From assembly GCA_030390025.1 (NCBI GenBank), contig CM059439.1, positions 44,888,001 through 44,952,000 on the forward strand: 64,000 bases of DNA. The letters run 5' to 3'. This DNA is from Squalus acanthias. Its lineage: Eukaryota. How positions within the stretch are numbered: position 1 is the first letter of the stretch; every line of letters begins with the position of its first letter. The notes under the pieces were generated by a model. It was not told the origin of the DNA. It saw only the letters and a program-made list of their open reading frames with translations, and searched no databases. This document shows, piece after piece, positions 36,561 through 47,686 of this stretch. Both the position numbers and the translations under genes were made by a program.

Positions 36561-38488
36561 ATTGAGAGGGTGAGAGAACGAGCTCAGCGCTTCACCAAGC
36601 GGGCCTTGGATGCTCTGGTTGGCGCGGTGGAGCGCAGAAGATCTATACTCTTCCCTGAGAGTGGCAGGAGGCCTTTGCCACGCGAGTACAGAAGAGTGTG
36701 GAGGGAGGTGGCTCAGAGCGTCTCCTCCAGGAGCATGGTGCCCAGGACCCATGTACAATGCCGCAAAAAGTTCAACGACCTCACTCGGGTCATCAGGGTG
36801 AGTGGCTTTTTCTCAATACCTCTCCATCCCTCCATCTCAACCTCACTCTATGGCCAGAGGGTCTTAAAACCCCAATGCACAACACTCATCCAACACCTAT
36901 GGCCCTTTCATGAAACACACACACACATTCCACACTTTGCATACAGTAAAGGCTATTCACCTATGGGAGGCACATCAGGCAAGACCATGGCTGTATACAG
37001 TAAGGGCTATTCACCTATGGGAGGCACATCAGGCAAGGCCATGGCTGTATACAGTAAGGGCTATTCACCTATGGGAGGCACATCAGGCAAGACCATGGCT
37101 GTATACAGTAAGGGCTATTCACCTATGGGGGGCACATCAGGCAAGACCATGGCTGTATATTTACTCAGATGCTGTCTTTTTTCTTGCAGGCCAAGCTGGC
37201 GCATAATAGGAGACAGCAGCAACGGACAGGTGGAGGGCGGCCTCAGCTGCAACCCCTCAGCGATCTTGAGGAGCGTGTCCACAGGATTGTGGCAAGCCGG
37301 GTGATCGGTCCCGTCGCCACTGGAGACGCCGACCCCGTTCTGGACAGCAATGGTAAGGTCATCACCTTTTTGTCCTCTGTCCTTCCACTTGTCCCTCACA
37401 ACACCAGCCTTTGACACTTTCAATCCAACTTGCTAACTCGCTGCACTTATTCCTCCCTTACTGCCACCCTGTCCTCATGCTAAAGCCACTCTTGTACCTC
37501 CCTGCTTTCAGATGGTGATTCACCAGCTGAGGAGACGGGCCCTGAAGCTGCCAGTGGGAGTGAAGCTGCAGCCGAGGAGGAAGAGGAAGCCGGAGCATCA
37601 GTGCCACCTTCTCCCGAGGAAGCCCATGCCCACACTGGGAACACGCCTTCCCTGGAGGGGAGCAGGGGGGAAGGGTCTGATGAGGGTGAAGCTCCAGGAC
37701 CCAGCGGGCTGCAGCAACGCCATGGGGGTAGGGAAGAACGGGGGCCTTCTCCCCAGAGGGAGAGTATGCCAGCGACTCCTACTGCAATGGACGCAGAGGA
37801 GGAGCGGCTGATCGCAGAAATGAACACCCAGGCGGTGGGCATGCACACTGAGCTCATGGGTGCAGTGGGAAGGGTGCCCGAATGCATTGAGTCACTGGCA
37901 AGGAGTGTGGAGCACTTCGCTGTAGCACAGGCGGATGCCACACTAAAGCTTAGTGCTGCAATTCAGTCACTGACTGCCATGATCCCATCTCTGACTGCTC
38001 TCATGCAGACTCAGATTGAGGCCACGCGAGCACTGACTGCTGCCAACCTCGATGGTTCGTTCACATGTCCCCGGGGCTCTCACCGCGCCGCAGCAGGCCA
38101 GCAATCTGTGCTCCAGCAGATTGCTCCGGATGCTGAAGTGCTGCCCCGTGGGAGTGCCAGTGTGTCGGTCGAGCAGGGAGTTGCTGTCCTCTCTCACGAT
38201 GACAGCATTCCTGCTGCCAACACTGTCACTTCTCCACTGCACTTGCCACCGCCTGTAGGACAGACTGCTGCCGCCCATGCAGAGTTGGTGCAGTCTGCAG
38301 CCGGGCCCTCCAGGCCCAGAACTGGTCGAGGCCGTCCTTCAGGGGCATCTGCAGTGTCAGGGTCTGACAATCAGCAGCCTTCCACCAGCCTTGCTGCAGC
38401 CACTGAGGTCCCATTACGGAGGAGCAGTAGAGTTAGAAGGGGGGAAGTGCGCAAGGGAAGGAGATCACCCTCGAAGGGCAAAAAGTAG
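36561..38488 (+). CDS. Harbinger Myb/SANT-like DNA-binding protein, 3 exons (36561-36797, 37190-37352, 37512-38488; ~458 codons); presumed start codon reads ATT
   Basis: RAQRFTKRALDALV...WREVAQSVS...RTHVQCRKKFNDL is a trihelix/Myb motif, continued after splicing by AKLAHNRRQQQRTGGG. The introns are GT-AG with matching phases (0, 1), and the frame is open to TAG at 38488. Confidence 0.85.
36941..37158. repeat. 54-bp tandem repeat x4 in intron 1 of the Myb gene
   Basis: atacagtaagggctattcacctatgggaggcacatcaggcaagaccatggctgt is repeated at a 54-bp period. Confidence 0.95.
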
Positions 38489-38800
38489 GAGGTGTGACAA
38501 AATGCTGGTCATTTTTTTATTAAAGGCCGAGGTTCGTGGTCCAACTTTTGTCTAGTGTTTTGGACATTATCTCCAGGTTGTGAGAACCAGTTATGTTAAT
38601 GACTGTTTTTTTGTGTTTATTTCTATGAGTTTGTCATGAGGAAATGACACACACAGAGTTTGTAAAATAAATAAGTTTTTGTATTCAAAATATACATGTT
38701 TGGTGTTTGGAATCATTGGTGCCTTGGCCGGCTTAGGGGTTGCGTGCTGGGTTCATTGATGTTGTTAGCAATGGCAGAAGCCATTTCCACAGCAGGGGCC

Positions 38801-39883
38801 CTAGAAGCGGCTTGCTATCAGCCGTTGACGGACGGCCCTTGCAGTTTCACCATTGTGGGCCGCCCTCCCGCCTTGGTGCTGCTGATGATCATCCTCCTCG
38901 TCCTCTTCCTCCTCTTCCTCCTCCTCCTCTGGTGGTGCTCCAAGGCCTGGTGGCATTGGCTGGGTCCTGACGATTGCCATGTTATGCAACATGCAGCACA
39001 CAACTACGAAGTTGGATACTCGCTCAGGCGAGTACTGCAGGGCTCCTCCAGAATGGTCGAGACAGCGGAACCGTTGCTTCAGCACGCCGATTGTGCGCTC
39101 AGTGATGTTCCTGGTAGCTTGATGGCTCTCGTTGTACCGCAGCTCAGCAGCGGTGTTGGGCGTACGGAGCGGTGTCATCAGCCAGGTGCTCAATAGATAC
39201 CCCTTGTCCCCGAGAAGCCAACCAACTGGCTGATGCGGTGCCTCGAAAAGTTCTGCCACAGTAGTCTGGCGCAGGATGAAAGCATCGTGGCAGCTGCCAG
39301 GATAGTGGGCATTGACAGCGAGTATCAGCTGTCTGTGGTCACAGACCAACTGAACATTCAAGGAATGGAACCCCTTTCTGTTCCGGAATTCCTCGGCATT
39401 CTCATGTGGAGCATGCAAAGCCACATGCGTGCAGTCAATGGCGCCCTGCACCATGGGGAAGCCCGCTATCCTCGCAAAGCCCAGAGCGCGGTCACGCTGC
39501 TTGTCTGGGGTCATGGGGAAAGAGATGAACTCTCGTCTCCTTTTAAAGAGGGCATTTGTGACCTGCCGGATGCAGCAATGCACCGCGAACTGGGAGATAT
39601 TGGCGAGGTCCCCAGCAGCAGCTTGAAATGAGCCAGTAGCATAGAAGTTGAGAGCCACTGTGACCTTCACTGCCACCGACAGAGACGTCCTGGACCTCAG
39701 TTGAGGCTGCAGATCTGGCTGCAGCAGGTGGCAGAGCTCAGTGACCACCTCCTTGCTGAATCGCAGCCTTTGCAAACATAGCTCCTCAGACATATGAATG
39801 TAGGAGAGCTGTTCACGATATACCCTGGGAGGGTAAGCTCTCCTGTACATACGCCTGTTGGCCCTCCTCCGTCTGGCCATCAT
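38801..39883 (-). CDS. Harbinger DDE transposase (HARBI1-like, DDE_Tnp_4), 360 aa from ATG 39883
   Basis: Motifs GAIDCTH, NRKGFHSLNVQLVCD, PGSCHDAFI, LLGDKGY, ERTIGVLKQRFRCL and CCMLHN, with no internal stops. TATA-like TATTTAAA on the minus strand near 40150. Confidence 0.93.
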   Translation of the reverse strand: MMARRRRANRRMYRRAYPPRVYREQLSYIHMSEELCLQRLRFSKEVVTELCHLLQPDLQPQLRSRTSLSVAVKVTVALNFYATGSFQAAAGDLANISQFAVHCCIRQVTNALFKRRREFISFPMTPDKQRDRALGFARIAGFPMVQGAIDCTHVALHAPHENAEEFRNRKGFHSLNVQLVCDHRQLILAVNAHYPGSCHDAFILRQTTVAELFEAPHQPVGWLLGDKGYLLSTWLMTPLRTPNTAAELRYNESHQATRNITERTIGVLKQRFRCLDHSGGALQYSPERVSNFVVVCCMLHNMAIVRTQPMPPGLGAPPEEEEEEEEEDEEDDHQQHQGGRAAHNGETARAVRQRLIASRF

Positions 39884-40774
39884 TGCCACTCTCTCTCTGC
39901 GTCCTCCAATTCAGCTGGAGCAGGACGACGCCCCCATTCAGTGCAGCCCCCATAGTCTCTTTGCAAGCAAAGTTATGAAGGACAGCAACCAAAGTACCAG
40001 CGAAGTTAGGATCAGTAGGCAAAACTACCTCACAAAGTGTTGACTCAATGCAGAAGTCTCTCTTTCTCTCTCTCCGAATCTCTCTCTCTCTCTCAGAACG
40101 AGTGGTGCAAAAATGTGAACCACAGAAAAAGACAGGAAGAGGCCCCCTTTAAATAGCGCCCCCCCCAGCCCCACAGCGATTGATAGCGTTCCAGTCTTCC
40201 GGTCGTTGGATGCGCCAGGCGGTAAGGCAGGGGGCGCCACTCAATTTCCGCTCCGGGGCGCCACAAGGGCGTTGCACCATGGAATGACGTCACAATCTGC
40301 GCGCGCAGGTGGTCGCGGCGTTAAAGTTTAGCGCCGCCGCACAATGTCTAGTTAAGTTCCCGAGCAGCGCAAACATCGCTGCGCTCGGGCGTTAGCGGCT
40401 TTGCGCCCCATTAGCGCCCTCTTAAGGCGCTAACGGGAGGCGCAACCAACTGAATTTTTCCCCCTATGTATTTGTATTGCATTTGGGTGCATCTTATGGA
40501 TGTCAGCTTATATTTGTATATCAGTATTTGTGTACAATATTTGGGTAACAGCACCGCATTTGTATATTAATATTGTATTTTTGTACAATTTGTGGGTACC
40601 AGTTCTGCAGTTGTATATTAATATTGCATTTGCTTAGTTTTGGGTACCAATATTATATTTGTATATCTGCGTTGTTTTTGTGTAGAGGTTTTGGCTGCCA
40701 GAATTGTATTTGTACATCTACATTTATATAGAGGTTTCCGGTACTAGTATTGTATTTGTGTACAGTTGTGCTTC

Positions 40775-41245
40775 AACAACAAAAACAACAACAACTTGTA
40801 TTTATATAGTGCCTTTAACATAGAAAAACATTCCAAGGCGCTTCACAGAAGTGTTATTAAACAAAATTTGACACCAAGCCACAAAGGAGATATTAGAGCA
40901 GATGACCAAAAGCTTGGTCAAAGAGGTAGGTTTTAAGGAGCGTCTTAAAGGAGGAAAGAGAGGTAGAGAGGCAGAGAGGTTTAGGCAGGGAATCCGGAGA
41001 TAAGGGCCACCAATGGCTAAGTGACTAAATTCAGGGATGCTCAAAGGCCAGAATTAGAGGAGTGCAGATATCTTGGGGGGTTGTGGGGCTGGAGGAGATT
41101 AGAGATAGGGAGAGGCGAGGCCACGGTGGGATTTGAGAACAAGGATGAGAATTTTAAAATCGAGGCGTTGCTTAACTGGGAGCCAATGTAAGTCAGCGAG
41201 CACAGGGTGATGGGTTAACGGGACTTGGTGTGAGTTAGTACACAG
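40775..41245 (-). mobile_element. L2 LINE 3' fragment
   Basis: PVLADLHWLPVKQRLDFKILILV motif and a (ttg)n tail, seen as caacaacaac on the plus strand. Confidence 0.85.
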
Positions 41246-41252
41246 CAACTTC

Positions 41253-41683
41253 AATATTGTGTTTGTGCACGGTTGTGCTTCAGTGTTGTGTTTGTGCACG
41301 GTTGTGCTTCTGTGTTGTATTTGTGCAGGATTGTGTTTCAGTGTTGTGTTTGTGCACGGTTGTGTTTCAGTGTTGTGTTTGTGCACGATTGTGTTTCAGT
41401 GTTGTGTTTGTGCACAGTTGTGTTTCAGTATTGTGTTTGTACACAGTTGTGTTTCAGTATTGTGTTTGTACACAGTTGTGTTTCAGTATTGTGTTTGTGC
41501 ACGGTTGTGTTTCAGTGTTGTGTTTGTGCACGGTTGTGTTTCAGTGTTGTGTTTGTGCATGATTGTATTTTAGTATTTTGTTTGTGCACGTTTGTGTTTC
41601 AGTATTGTGTTTGTCCACAGTTGTGTTTCAGTGTTGTGTTTGTGCACAGTTGTGTTTCAGTGTTGTGTTTGTGCACAGTTGTG
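41253..41683. repeat. 29-bp satellite, block 1 (CAGTGTTGTGTTTGTGCACAGTTGTGTTT)n
   Basis: Visible tandem array. Confidence 0.95.
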
Positions 41684-44161
41684 GTTTTTTTTATTCGTTT
41701 ATGGGATCAGGTCGTCGCTGGCAATGCCAGCATTTATTGCCCATCCCTAGTTGCCCTTGAGAAGGTGGTGGTGAGTGGCCTTCTTGAACCGCTGCAGTCC
41801 GTGTGGTGATGGTACTCCCACAGTGCTGTTAGGTAGGGAGTTCCAGGATTTTGACCCAGCGACAATGAAGAATCAGCGATATACTTCTAAGTCATGATGG
41901 TGTGTGACTTGGAGGGGAAATTGGAGGTGGTGGTGTTCCCATGCGCCTGCTGCCCTTGTCCTTCTAGGTGGAAGAGGTCGCGGGTTTGGGAGGTGCTGCC
42001 GAAGAAGCCTTGGCGAGTTGCTGCAGTGCATCTTGTAGATGATACACACTGCAGCCATGGTACGCCAGTGGTGGAGGGAGTGAATGTTTAAGGTGGTAGA
42101 TGGGGTGCCAATCAAGCGGGCTGCTTTGTCCTGGATGGTGTCGAGCTTCTTGAGTGTTGTTGGAGCTCGACTCATCCAGGCAAGTGGAGAGTATTCCATC
42201 ACACTCCTTACTTGTGCCTTGTAGATGGTGGAAAGGCTTTAGGGAGTCAAGAGGTGAGACACTTGCCGCAGAATACCTAACCTCTGACCTGCTCTTGTTG
42301 CCACAGTATTTATGTGGCTGGTCCAGTTAAGTTTCTGGTTAATGGTGACCCCCCAGGATGTTGATGGTGGGGGATTTGGCGATGGTAATGCCATTGAATG
42401 TCAAGGGGAGGTGGTTAGACTCTCGCTTGTTGGAGATAGTCATTGCCTGGCACTTGTGTGGCGCAAATGTTACCTGCCACTTATCAGCCCAAGCCTGAAC
42501 GTCGTCCAGGTCTGGTTGCATGCGGACATGGACGGCTTCATTATCTGTGGAATTGTGAATGGCGCTGAACACTGTGCAGCCATCAGCGAACATCCCTATT
42601 TCTGACCTTATGTTGGAGGGAAGGTCATTGATGAAGCAGCTGAAGATGGTTGGGCCTAGGACACTTCCCTGAGGAACTCCTGCAGCGATGTCCAGGGGCT
42701 GTGATGATTGACCTTCAACCATCACAACCATCTCCCTTTGTGCTAGGTATGACTCCAGCCAGTGGAGTGCTTTCCCCCTGATTCCCATTGACTTCAGTTT
42801 TACTAGGGCTCCTTGATGCCACACTCAGTCAAATGCTGCCTTGATGTCAAGGGCAGTTACTCTCACCTCACCTCTGGAATTCAGCTCCTTTGTCCATGTT
42901 TGGACCAGGGCTGTAATGAGGTCGGGACCCGAGTGGTCTTGGCGGAAGCCAAACTTTGCATCAGTGAGCAGGTTATTGGTGAGTAAGTGCCACTTGATAG
43001 CACTGTCGATGACACCTTCCATCACTTTGCTGATGATTGAGAGTAGACTGATGGGGCGGTATTGGCCGGGTTGGATTTGTCCTGCTTTTTGTGGACAGGA
43101 CATACCTGGGCAGTTTTCCACATTGTCGGATAGATGCCAGTGTTGCAGCTGTACTGGAACAGCTTGGCTAGAGGCGCGGCTAGTTCTGGAGCACAAGTCT
43201 TCAGCACGATAGCCTGGATGTTGTCGGGGCCCATAGCCTTTGCTCTATCTAGTGCGCTCAGCCGTTTCTTGATATCACGTGGAGTGAATCAAATTGGCTG
43301 AAGACTGGCTTCTGCGATGGTGGGGACCTCGGGAGTAGGCCGGTATGGATAATCCACTCAGCACTTCTGGCTAAAGTTGGTTGCAAACGCTTCAGCCTTG
43401 TCTTTTGCACTCACGTGCTGGGCTCCACCATCATTGAGGATGGGGATATTCTTGGAGCCTCCTCCTCCCGTTAGTTGTTTAATGGTCCACCACCATTCAC
43501 GACTGGATGTGGCAGGACTGCAGAGCTTTGATCTGATCCGTTGATTGTGGGATCGCTTAGCCCTGTCTATAGCATGCTGCTTCTGCTTTTTAGCATGCAT
43601 GTAGTCCTGTGTTGCAGCTTCCCCAGGTTGGCACCTCATTTTTAGGTATGCCTGGTGCTGCTCCTGGCATGCTCTTCTACACTCGTTGTTGAACCAGGGT
43701 TGGTCCCCTGGCTTGATGGTAATGGTAGAGTGAGGGAAAAGCCGGACCATGAGGTTACAGATTGTGGTGGAATACAATTCTGCTGCTGCTGATGGCCCAC
43801 AGCGCCTCATGGATGCCCCGTTTTGAGCTGCTAGATCTGTTCTGAATCTAGCCCATTTAGCACGGTGGTAGTGCCACACAACACGATGGCGGGTGTCCTC
43901 AGTGTGAAGACGGGACTTCGTCTCCACAATGACTGTGCGGTGGTCACTGCTGTCAATGCTGTCATGGACAGATGCATCTGTGACAGGTAGATTGGTGAGG
44001 ATGAGGTCAAGTAGGTTTTTCCCTCGTGTTGGTTCACTCACCACCTGTCGCAGGCCCGGACTGGCAGCTATGTCCTTCAGGACTCGGCCAGCTTGGTCAG
44101 TAGTGGTGCTACCGAGCCACTCTTGGTGATGGACATTGAAGTCCCCCACCCAGAGTACATA
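41684..44161 (-). mobile_element. 5'-truncated LINE (CR1/Jockey group; endonuclease C-terminus plus RT) inserted in the satellite
   Basis: Motifs VGDFNVHH, LLDLILTN, SDHRTV, YRPISLLS, LDIKAAFD, GVPQGSVLGP and MFADG, with several frameshifts. A polyA tail preceded by AATAAA lies at ~41684-41696 on the minus strand. Clade is not firmly assigned. Confidence 0.9.
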
Positions 44162-44538
44162 CTGTGTTTCAGTATTGTGTTTGTGCACAGTTGTGTTTCA
44201 GTGTTGTGTTTGTGCACAGTTGTGCTTCAGTATTGTGTTTGTGCACAGTTGTGCTTCAGTATTGTGTTTGTGCACAGTTGTGTTTCAGTGTTGTGTTTGT
44301 GCACAGTTGTGTTTCAGTGCTGTGTTTGTGCACAGTTGTGCTTCAGTATTGTGTTTGTGCACAGTTGTGTTTCAGTGTTGTGTTTGTGCATGGTTGTGTT
44401 TCAGTATTGTGTTTGTGCACAGCTGTGTTTCAGTGTTGTGTTTGTGCTTGGTTGTGCTTCAGTATTGTGCTTGTGCACAGTTGTGTTTCAGTGTTGTGTT
44501 TGTGCACAGTTGTGCTTCAGTATCATGTTTGTGCTCAG
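44162..44538. repeat. 29-bp satellite, block 2
   Basis: Same unit as 41253-41683. Confidence 0.95.
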
Positions 44539-45448
44539 TGCAAAAGGCTGATATTTAGAGATATTTAGTAGACGAGAATCATATACATATAAATTCAGGT
44601 GTAGATATTGACCAAATAATATTACCCATAATTACTCCTGGGTAACTAAAAAGCTAGAACTTGTTCAAAATGCAGCTGCAAAGACAGTCAAAAGCAGTTT
44701 TCACTAAGTTTTGAAAACAAACAGCCACAGGCTGCAAGTGAAGGTTAAATTGTTAAATAACATATTATGATACTAAGTAGAAATTAGAATTCGCTTAACA
44801 AAACTAATTGCAAAGATATTTTAAAAATAATTAGTATAAGGACATAAAATGTGAGAGATCATGGAGATAAGGTACTTATCTGGTAGATTAAAGTGAGATT
44901 GTCTGGATACCTCAAGACTATTGAAACAGCGCTGATATGGGCCCTTGGTATAAAGGCCTTGTACCAGGGGAGGCAGGAAATGAAAGAGATATGGTAAATT
45001 CCAATGGCATCAAAAACTATAAACAAGATAACAAGACAGCAGAATAGGGTTGACGAAAAAATACTGGAAAGGCGGGATGCTACCTTAGTCTGAGTTACAA
45101 TGGTATTTTGACCATTAGAACCAATTAAAAAAGGTGATTTTGTTAAAGACCATATATGGACACTGGCCAAACCAACTTTTGATAAGAAAAGGGTTAAAAC
45201 CTCGATACGCAAAGAACAATTTTACACAGACGTACTGCGAGAACAAAGGAACAGACTTAAGACGATGTCATCTGTGTCCGAGAGGTTCCAGAGACCAAGA
45301 GCTGTGAGCTACTCATTAAAACTATCACCTAATGTTAAGTATATTATGCTGTAAGCTTAATAAATCTTGATCTGTTTGCTCAAACATACTGGCTGCTGCC
45401 TATTGGTGTCTTGTCCAAGAACTCAGAGATCATTAAGATCTTACAAAT

Positions 45449-45466
45449 TGGCACCCCAGATGGGAC
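45449..45466 (+). other. Primer-binding site complementary to tRNA-Arg(CCT) 3' end
   Basis: TGGCACCCCAGATGGGAC lies 3 nt after the 5' LTR. It is the reverse complement of ...GTCCCATCTGGGGTG-CCA, as recalled for vertebrate tRNA-Arg-CCT. Confidence 0.8.
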
Positions 45467-45627
45467 AAGACAAAACGGCTAGTAATGTGTAATAGATCGG
45501 ACCTCGAAAGTAGCTTCCTGATCAGCTGCTGCTCTTGAGGAGGGATAAACCCCTTGGGGAGTGGGAGTGCCCGTGAATTGTGCGCCAATAGTTATTGATG
45601 TTAGAGGTCTGTTAGGAAAATCACCAA

Positions 45628-45960
45628 ATGGCTAATAAAAGTTTTGTTAATGCATATAAGAGTAAGTTAGACAGAGGCGCCTGTGTGGAGGAAGTGCAGG
45701 TATTCCTGACAAAATGTTTAATCAAAGGAGACCGAGTCCCCTTTGAAGAAGTGATAAACTTTATTCAGGAACGTGTGGAACACAACGAGTTAAGAGAGAA
45801 ACATAGCCAGGTGGTTAAGCATAAAGTGCAGGAGAGAGAGGGAGAGATAAAGAAGGAAAAAGACCTAATTTGCAGGATAACCAATCTGAAAACTCAGCAA
45901 AGGGTGGGAAAAAACAGGGATTTGGAAAGCCAGGAAAAGCTGCTGAGACGCCGATTTTAA
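45628..45960 (+). pseudogene. Possible truncated gag-like ORF (110 aa) of the LTR element
   Basis: First substantial ATG ORF downstream of the PBS, with good Kozak context (caaATGG) and helical, charged composition. No diagnostic motif was recognised. Confidence 0.35.
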
Positions 45961-46793
45961 AAAGAGGAAAAAAAGAGAAATTTAAAGTTTTACCGACATG
46001 GAAGTTATTAATGTCTGTGCCAAGACAAATAAAACACAAGATTTGCTGAGTGAAAGGAACCTTAAAAAAAATGCTGGAATTTCAGTTTGTGTGAAAGTGT
46101 GTGTTGTTTAAGAAGTTACAGTATTCCTTTTCTCTGAAAATTTGTCTTTAAAACAAAGTGTTTGTTATGTTTGTTTTAGCTCCACCCACTTCTGTGTTAA
46201 AAGCCGTTTAGTAACCCTTTTGTCTTGTCTTGGATTTTGGAAGTTTTAAGAATGTGCGAATAAGATTGTGCACCCAGAATTGAAAAAAAAACTTGAACAG
46301 CAATTTAAGTTAAGCTGGTGTGTAAAAACTGAGAAGAACAACATAAAGTTTGTTTAACAAAAGATTAAGTTTCAGTCTAATATTTAACCTTGAATCGCGG
46401 TTGCTATGGTGAAACTTTCCAAAGCAGTTTGATTTGATTTGTTTAAATGTGCAAAACTAATTTTTCTCCAGTTATATTCAATGTTTTTACAGTATTTTGG
46501 AAAGGCATCTGAAGAAAGGACAATAAGAAATATAACGTAATTTACTGTTTTCTGCAAGCATGTGCTATTTTGTTTTGTTTTATCTGTTCTGTTCGTGTTT
46601 AGTTAAAGTGTGAAAACACAACTGTCTTTTTCAATCAGGAAAGTTTTTTAAATTTACGTGAAGTGACGCAATTGCATGCGCCTGACAATGTTTCGCTCCA
46701 CCTTCTTAAAAACCTGCAAAGGAGTTAACCCTTTCCACTGACAGCTGTATAAGTTCACCAAGCAACAACTTTAGTATGAAATTTAAAGATATT

Positions 46794-47686
46794 GGGGGGA
46801 AAATTCAGTTGGTTGCACCTCCTGTTAACGCCTTAAGATGGCGCTAATGGGGCGCAAAGCAACTAGCGCCCGGGTGCGGCGATGTTTGTGCCGCTCGCAA
46901 AATTAACTAGACATTTTGCGGCGGCGCTAAACACTACCGCCACGATCTCCTGCGCCGGCAGATCGTGACGTCAATCGAGTGCGCAACGCCCCGGTAGCGC
47001 CCCGGAGCGGATATTGAGTGGCGCCCCCTGCCTTATCACCTGCCGCTAGCAACGACAGGTTGAGGGGAGCGTTTTGCAGTCAGGAAGGGACTGGGGGAGC
47101 GCTATTTAAAGGCGACCGCTTCCTGCCTTTTATTGTTGGTGACATTTTTGAACCACGCATTCTGAGAGAGAGAGAGAGAGACTTCTGGAGAGATTCAATG
47201 CTGTGTAAAGGAGTTTTGGGTACTGAGCAGCACTTTGCAGGTTCATTTTGATTTGCCTTTCCTTGTATCGATTTAGAAGAGACTGTGGGGGCTGCACTCT
47301 GAGCTCTTTCCCTGGGTCTCTCCATTGTTCTTTCCAGCAGATTTGATGTACAGGTCTCTCCAGGCCGAGATTCAAGGCTGCAATGAGCAGGATGTGGATG
47401 GAAAGCAAGATCAACCCTCCCCTTTAAGAACTGGCCGGCGCCATTGTGTGTGTGTTCCATTGCTGACTGACATCACATGAGCTTCGCCAATGCTCTGAGG
47501 TAGCGCCTCGCTCCTTGGCCTTTGTGCCTTAAGACAGGTGTGAAGCGCCTGATTTAGCGCTCCAATCACCTCCAGGGGCAATAAAAGTCAAGTTTGCAGT
47601 CGGAGGCGATAATTAGCGCCAGGCGCTAATCTTTGCGCCCGGCCGATAATTGCGGCCCAAATGGGGCGATACTGAATTTCTCCCCC
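46794..47686. mobile_element. Non-autonomous Harbinger deletion derivative (893 bp), inverted relative to 36203-40464
   Basis: TIRs GGGGGGAAAATTCAG / CTGAATTTCTCCCCC, TSD ATT/ATT. Both subterminal regions align by eye with the full-length element. Confidence 0.92.

Larger units (their letters stand above)
36203..40464. mobile_element. Full-length PIF/Harbinger DNA transposon (4262 bp)
   Basis: TIRs GGGGGAAAAATT / AATTTTTCCCCC, 3-bp TSD TAT on both sides, and GC-rich subterminal regions with many AGCGCC/GGCGCT motifs. Contains convergent Myb/SANT and DDE transposase genes. Confidence 0.95.

Noticed and set aside
38801-39883. Host gene HARBI1 (and NAIF1/MSANTD for the Myb ORF)
   Set aside because: Both ORFs lie inside TIRs with a TSD and have a related MITE nearby, so they are transposon genes rather than the domesticated loci.
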